Shown here: positions 15,334 through 20,000 of the stretch, in pieces | Layout of the letters: every line of letters begins with the position of its first letter | Position numbering within the stretch: the stretch's first letter is position 1 | DNA from: an uncultured virus (IMG/VR IMGVR_UViG_2724679352_000002) | Lineage: Duplodnaviria > Heunggongvirae > Uroviricota > Caudoviricetes | Strand: one strand, 5' to 3' | Virus record (IMG/VR): IMGVR_UViG_2724679352_000002 | Location: 44,905-64,904 of that record | Length of the DNA stretch: 20,000 nt | Notes under the pieces: generated by a model | Database searches by the model: none | Seen by the model: the letters and a program-made list of their open reading frames with translations, nothing else | Told to the model about the DNA's origin: nothing | Translations under genes and position numbers: made by a program

Positions 15334-16377
15334 ATGAATACAACCAATTTCAATATAGACAAACAGGATGACAAAATTAAATCCCAGAAAATAAGGAAGG
15401 CCATAAGTAATCACTGTAAAGAAATGGAGAGAAAATATGGTATATTAAAACGCCAGGATGCATTGGGTCTTGGTATATTATCTTTCGCCATTGGGGTTTT
15501 TATCGTTAGTTCATTATGTTATCTCAATGGATATATCGCATGGTGGGGATGCATCATAATTAATGCCCTTTGCCTTTCTATTGCACATGAAATTGAACAT
15601 GATTTAATTCATAATTTATATTTCAAAAAAAATCGTTTCATGCATAACATAATGATGGCCATTGTATGGGGTGTTCGCCCTAGTACGGCTAACCCTTGGG
15701 TTAGGCGAAAAATTCACCTTAAACATCACCAAATGCCAGGGACATATGAGGACTTAGAGGAAAGGCTACTTTCTAATGGTCAGCACTGGGGGCTGTTGAG
15801 ACTATGGATGACTAGTGATTTTATAGTTGCTACAGCGGTAGTGATATTACAATCTAAATCGATGGAAGAAAAAAGAGAGTTATTTAAGAAGGCAATTAAG
15901 GCGTTTTTCCCACTCTCACTTCTACACTCAATAATTGCATATTCATTTATTATATTTCACTTGATAAATATTGTCTCACCACTATTTGGAGTGACAATTA
16001 CCTGGTCTGAAATGACTCTAAAAGTATTCAATGTTATTGATGTCGTAATGGTAATAATCACAGCGCCCAATATCCTGTGGTCGTTCTGCTTACATTTCGT
16101 CAGCTCAAACATGCATTATTACGGCGATAATGAAACTGGTAATACTATTCAGGAAACGCAGGTGCTTAATCCTTGGTGGCTTTTACCGTTCAACCTATTT
16201 TGTTTTAACTTTGGTAGCACCCACGCAATACATCATTTTGTCGTCAATGAGCCTTTTTATATCAGACAATTATCAGCACCATTTGCACATAAAGTAATGA
16301 GGGATATGGGGGTCAGGTTTAATGATTTTAAAACATTTAACCGAGCAAATAGATGGGGAGAAAATATAATTAAATAA
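15334..16377 (+). CDS. Membrane di-iron fatty acid desaturase-fold enzyme, UndB-like
   Basis: His boxes HEIEH, HLKHH, NMH and HAIHH, plus several hydrophobic segments. RBS AGGA. Confidence 0.88.
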   Translation: MNTTNFNIDKQDDKIKSQKIRKAISNHCKEMERKYGILKRQDALGLGILSFAIGVFIVSSLCYLNGYIAWWGCIIINALCLSIAHEIEHDLIHNLYFKKNRFMHNIMMAIVWGVRPSTANPWVRRKIHLKHHQMPGTYEDLEERLLSNGQHWGLLRLWMTSDFIVATAVVILQSKSMEEKRELFKKAIKAFFPLSLLHSIIAYSFIIFHLINIVSPLFGVTITWSEMTLKVFNVIDVVMVIITAPNILWSFCLHFVSSNMHYYGDNETGNTIQETQVLNPWWLLPFNLFCFNFGSTHAIHHFVVNEPFYIRQLSAPFAHKVMRDMGVRFNDFKTFNRANRWGENIIK

Positions 16378-16391
16378 TGGACGAGAAAAAA

Positions 16392-16838
16392 TCACAGACT
16401 AATAAAATCCAACGCCAGATCCCCAATCCATTCACTATCGCCGTCAGTAAAGCCCAATAACTGGCGGCGCTCGTATTTCACTGTTGGCCCGTTGCGGCTA
16501 ACCTTATCGCGTAAGCCGTAGTGATGCACTCGCACCAGATTATTGACCTTACCGCTAAAGGTAACGGCGGCCTCGTCGGCGTTGGATTCGTTTTTGATAT
16601 AACGGGCGGTACGCAGTTGGGTAAACATATTGCGCTTGATACGGCCTTGTTTATCACGGCGTTTTTTCTTGCGCGGCACAAAGGGTGAGCCGTCCGGGTT
16701 CTGCTGTGCCTGAATATGCTTTTGCTGGCGCTGGCGTAACTCTTTAGCCACTTGACGCATAAACGCACCGCGTGCCTGTGGTGCCAATTGCGCCAGCAAA
16801 ATGGATAAAGTTTGGTCTAATTCCTGTAAATCATTCAT
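16392..16838 (-). CDS. gpS: Tail completion protein gpS
   Basis: QQNPDGSPFVPRK...RVHHYGL...RRQLLGF. ATG at 16838 overlaps the gpR stop (ATGA). Confidence 0.93.
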   Translation of the reverse strand: MNDLQELDQTLSILLAQLAPQARGAFMRQVAKELRQRQQKHIQAQQNPDGSPFVPRKKKRRDKQGRIKRNMFTQLRTARYIKNESNADEAAVTFSGKVNNLVRVHHYGLRDKVSRNGPTVKYERRQLLGFTDGDSEWIGDLALDFISL

Positions 16839-17214
16839 AGCGACCACTCGGCCACTTTCTCACCCTTAATGTAAACCTCGTAGCTGCTCAGAGAGGCGTA
16901 AGGTTCTGGCGGCTCGTCCAGAGTAGTGACCGTTAATTTCCCGTCTTGCTCTTTAACGATGGTTCGCTCGGTGAGTTTGAGGTCAATACTGATATCGCGC
17001 AGTTTGTTATCCAGATAATTCGCTTCAAAGGTGAAACCATCCTGACGCTTATCATGATTTGCCATGATATCTGGCTGATTGGTGCGCAACCAGTGCAAAA
17101 TCGGGACAATGACCAGATCCATATCACTGGCGTAATCGGTCACCACCAGATTTAAGGTGTACTGATATTCGAATGATAATGACGGGGCCAGCGTGGCAAT
17201 AATCGCCCCTTTTA
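16835..17214 (-). pseudogene. gpR: Tail completion protein gpR, 5' truncated
   Basis: The frame extends upstream of the listed ORF as KGAIIATLAPSLSFEYQYTLNLVVTDY... and includes DISIDLKLTER. Homology stops at about 17214. Confidence 0.88.
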
Positions 17215-17268
17215 TGTCAATTATGGTCTAAAAGTGAGCCACAGTTATGCTTTAAAAGTGTGCCACTA
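17215..17268. mobile_element. IS21-family-like element end; no transposase in window
   Basis: Begins TGTCAA at the gpR break and carries tandem subterminal repeats taaaagtgagccac (17229-17242) and taaaagtgtgccac (17253-17266). Confidence 0.65.
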
Positions 17269-17708
17269 CACTACTCTCGTGGAGCGGGTATTCTATCAGG
17301 ATCACTTCTTGTGATTTTTCATAATTGACAGACGCTGATACCGGGCCTGAAAGGTTCTAACTCTCGGGCATCTGGCCACGTTTAGTCCGTATCGTCCGCA
17401 TCATTTCAATTGCTTTGGTTAGTTCGAGGTAAAACCTCACCCGCCAGTCATTCTGGCAGCACCGATATGGCAAGGGGTTGTCGGCGCTCTCATATAGTTG
17501 CGCACGAATATTCACCTCTAACTTGGCCGTCCTACTTAAATATTTCCTTTCCCCTGCCGATAAAGATCTAAATAAGGTAGAAAGCATTATTTACGTCATT
17601 ACTCAGGCAATTGGAGTGGGATTCATGATGGACATTTCTATGCGTATGCCACCTTAACGATTTCAGCCCTAACCGATGAATCGCCATTTTTGAACTTGAA
17701 GGAAAACC

Positions 17709-20000
17709 ATGAACAACACCCACAGCATTGTTTTAAATGGGAAATCTAATGTTTTACCGGCACTATCTCAGTTTCGACTTCATCCGATCGTGCTTGCTTG
17801 CGCTGCCGCATTGGCATTGGGAGCCACCACATTCCCCGTGCGTGCGGCCGACTGCAGCATAAACGGCACCACTTACGCTAACTGCACACAGGGTCAGGCA
17901 GGAACTTCCGGTATTAATGCCTCCGGCGCGGAGGGGACTACAGGGAGTAATGGTAACACGGCTGGAAACCCAACTAATGCTGGGACTCATGGTAATAACG
18001 GTGGAGATGCCACCAATACTGCAACATCAGGTGGCGTAGGTGACGTGGCCGCAACAGGCGGTACCCTCAATGTCACCACTGGTAGCTTACTTGCGGGCGG
18101 TGCGGGCGGTTCTGGTGGTAATGCCAATGGCGGCAACGGCGGTAACGGCGGCTGGCCTGTACAGGGAAGCAATGCCAACGGCGGAAATGGGGGAGATGCG
18201 GGTCTGTCCGGAATTGCCCAAAATGGCGGTATGGGTGGCAACGCGATTGCGGGGAGCGGGTTCACCGTAAACAATGGCGGCTCAATCTTTGGTGGGGCGG
18301 GGGGGGCTGGTGGTAACGCTCTCGGCGGTGCAGGTGGCCGGGGAGGGCAAGGTGCAAACAATTTCGGTCATTCCGGCGATGGTGGTGATGGAACTGCCGG
18401 TGGTATTGCCGGGAATGGGGCGGCGGGCGGCATTGCCGTGACAGGGAGTCATTTCGATCTGGTCAGCCAGGGTATTATCCGAGGTGGAAATGGCGGGGGA
18501 GCCGGTTTAGCGACCGGTGGGGCTGCAGGTAGCACAGACCTTGCGGGTGCGCCCGGAGGCACTATGGGGTCAGCGGGACAGGCAGGTGCCGATGGTACTG
18601 CAGGATCTTATGGTGCTGGTGGGGTCGGTGTTATATCTACTGGCTCAAGCACCATCACGACATCGAATATTATCGCTGGGGGGCTCGCGGGCGACAGAAA
18701 GACGCAGGCTAACGCGATTGAACTTTCAGGCGGAAATAACACGCTGACCCTTGAATCCGGCTACAGTTTTGTTGGCAATGTGATTAGCAGTGGTGGGGAC
18801 ACGCTGGTGCTAGGCGGAGATACCAACAGCAGTTTTTCTGTCGCCAGTCTCGCGGCGTCATCACCATCCTCATGGACCGGTGATGTGCAATATTATGGCT
18901 TCAACAACTATGTAAAAACCGGTAACAGCACTTGGACACTGAGCGGCTCAACCACAGAAGTCACAGCATGGAACATCAATGCTGGCACTCTGTCAGTGTC
19001 GAGTGATAGCAACCTCGGAGCAACAGCGAGCGCGCTGACTTTCGGCAGCGGTACGCTAGAAAATACCGCTGTAATCAGTACAGCACGAGACATGCTGCTG
19101 AATACCAGTGGAACACTTAAGACGGACGCTAATTTAACCGCGGCGGGGAAAATTTCAGGCCCGGGTTCGCTGGTCAAAACAGGCACCGCAGCGCTTATCC
19201 TCACGAATAACAATACTTACGCCGGTGGCACCACCATCAACGCGGGTACTCTGCAAATCGGTAACGGCGGCACCACCGGATCAGTGGTTGGAGATATTAC
19301 CAACAACAGTGCGCTGTCGTTTAACCGCAGCGATGCACTGACCTACGGCGGCGTGATATCTGGCTCAGGTTCTCTGAATCAGGCGGGCAATGACGTACTG
19401 ACATTGACCGGTGACAACACCTTTACCGGCGCTACCACCATCAGCGCGGGTACCCTGCAAATTGGCAATGGCGGTACCACCGGGTCAGTGGTTGGGGATA
19501 TCATCAACAACAGTGCGTTGTCATTTAACCGCAGCGATGCATTGACTTACGATGGCGTGATATCCGGTTCAGGTTCTGTGGTTAAGACCGGCAACGACGT
19601 ACTGACATTGACTGGTGATAACACCTTTACCGGCGATACCACCATCAGCGCAGGTACCCTACAAGTCGGTAACGGCGGCACCACTGGGGCAATGGCCGGG
19701 AATATCATCAACAACGGCTCACTGTCATTTAACCGCAGCAACACACTGGTTTACGGTGGCGTGATATCCGGCTCAGGTTCTCTGGCTAAGGCTGGCAACG
19801 GTGTGCTGATACTGACCGGTGACCATACCTTTACCGGTGATACCACCATCAGTGCGGGTACTTTGGTCGTCGGTAACAACACCACCGGGTCAGTGGCCGG
19901 GAATATCATCAATAACAGTACGCTGGTGTTTAACCGTAGCGATGCATTGACTTACGATGGCGTGATATCCGGCTCAGGTTCTCTGAATCAGGCAGCTATC
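17709..20000 (+). CDS. Large autotransporter/adhesin, N-terminal part (runs off window; absent from the ORF track)
   Basis: RBS GAAGGA, then MNNTHSIVLNG...FRLHPIVLACAAALALGATTFPVRA (signal peptide), a Gly-rich region, and passenger beta-strand repeats (GSLVKTGTAALILTNNNTYAGGTTINAGTLQIG) in the same frame. Confidence 0.88.
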   Translation, partial: MNNTHSIVLNGKSNVLPALSQFRLHPIVLACAAALALGATTFPVRAADCSINGTTYANCTQGQAGTSGINASGAEGTTGSNGNTAGNPTNAGTHGNNGGDATNTATSGGVGDVAATGGTLNVTTGSLLAGGAGGSGGNANGGNGGNGGWPVQGSNANGGNGGDAGLSGIAQNGGMGGNAIAGSGFTVNNGGSIFGGAGGAGGNALGGAGGRGGQGANNFGHSGDGGDGTAGGIAGNGAAGGIAVTGSHFDLVSQGIIRGGNGGGAGLATGGAAGSTDLAGAPGGTMGSAGQAGADGTAGSYGAGGVGVISTGSSTITTSNIIAGGLAGDRKTQANAIELSGGNNTLTLESGYSFVGNVISSGGDTLVLGGDTNSSFSVASLAASSPSSWTGDVQYYGFNNYVKTGNSTWTLSGSTTEVTAWNINAGTLSVSSDSNLGATASALTFGSGTLENTAVISTARDMLLNTSGTLKTDANLTAAGKISGPGSLVKTGTAALILTNNNTYAGGTTINAGTLQIGNGGTTGSVVGDITNNSALSFNRSDALTYGGVISGSGSLNQAGNDVLTLTGDNTFTGATTISAGTLQIGNGGTTGSVVGDIINNSALSFNRSDALTYDGVISGSGSVVKTGNDVLTLTGDNTFTGDTTISAGTLQVGNGGTTGAMAGNIINNGSLSFNRSNTLVYGGVISGSGSLAKAGNGVLILTGDHTFTGDTTISAGTLVVGNNTTGSVAGNIINNSTLVFNRSDALTYDGVISGSGSLNQAAI
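19160..20000 (+). repeat. 204-bp (68-aa) coding tandem repeat, about four copies in window
   Basis: AGTL codons recur at 19242, 19446, 19650 and 19854. Confidence 0.9.

Larger units (their letters stand above)
1..17214 (-). mobile_element. Defective P2-like prophage tail region with cargo (continues off the left edge)
   Basis: Gene order R-S-[cargo]-V-W-J-I-H-G-[cargo]-FI-FII-E-E'-T matches P2. I, H/G and R are disrupted. Confidence 0.95.

Noticed and set aside
1..17214. Functional R-type tailocin locus
   Set aside because: gpI, fibre, chaperone and gpR are disrupted, and no lysis genes are present in the window.
17357..17587. 76-aa minus-strand ORF next to the IS-like end
   Set aside because: No recognisable transposase or other motif and no clear RBS.
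17763..19744. Pro-rich and other short ORFs listed within the autotransporter region
   Set aside because: Antisense or off-frame shadows of the Gly-rich autotransporter frame starting at 17709.

Overview
The window is mostly a decaying P2-like prophage tail region on the minus strand (T, E/E', FII, FI, then G/H, I, J, W, V, S, R), probably from an enterobacterium and possibly Yersinia (inference). It carries cargo at two classic P2 variable sites. The first, between the tail fibre genes and FI (about 3360-9780), is a 6.4 kb array. It holds three type II toxin-antitoxin pairs (HigBA-like, MazEF/ChpB-like, DinJ-YafQ), an Rpn/YhgA nuclease with an internal RpnS start, a frameshifted stand-alone RpnS, two C4-type antisense RNA modules, an Icd-like gene with a SymR-like antisense RNA, and a small RHH regulator plus a remnant copy. 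Five copies of one unannotated repeat of about 45 bp punctuate this array, and four of them sit exactly 11 nt upstream of a sigma70-like -35 box. The second site, between V and S, is an AT-rich two-gene operon encoding an acyl-CoA oxidase/dehydrogenase-like protein and a desaturase-fold protein resembling the alkene-forming decarboxylase UndB. gpI and the fibre/chaperone genes are broken. gpR is cut at an IS21-like end, which is followed by a large Gly-rich autotransporter gene that runs off the window. All family assignments come from motif recognition, not database searches.
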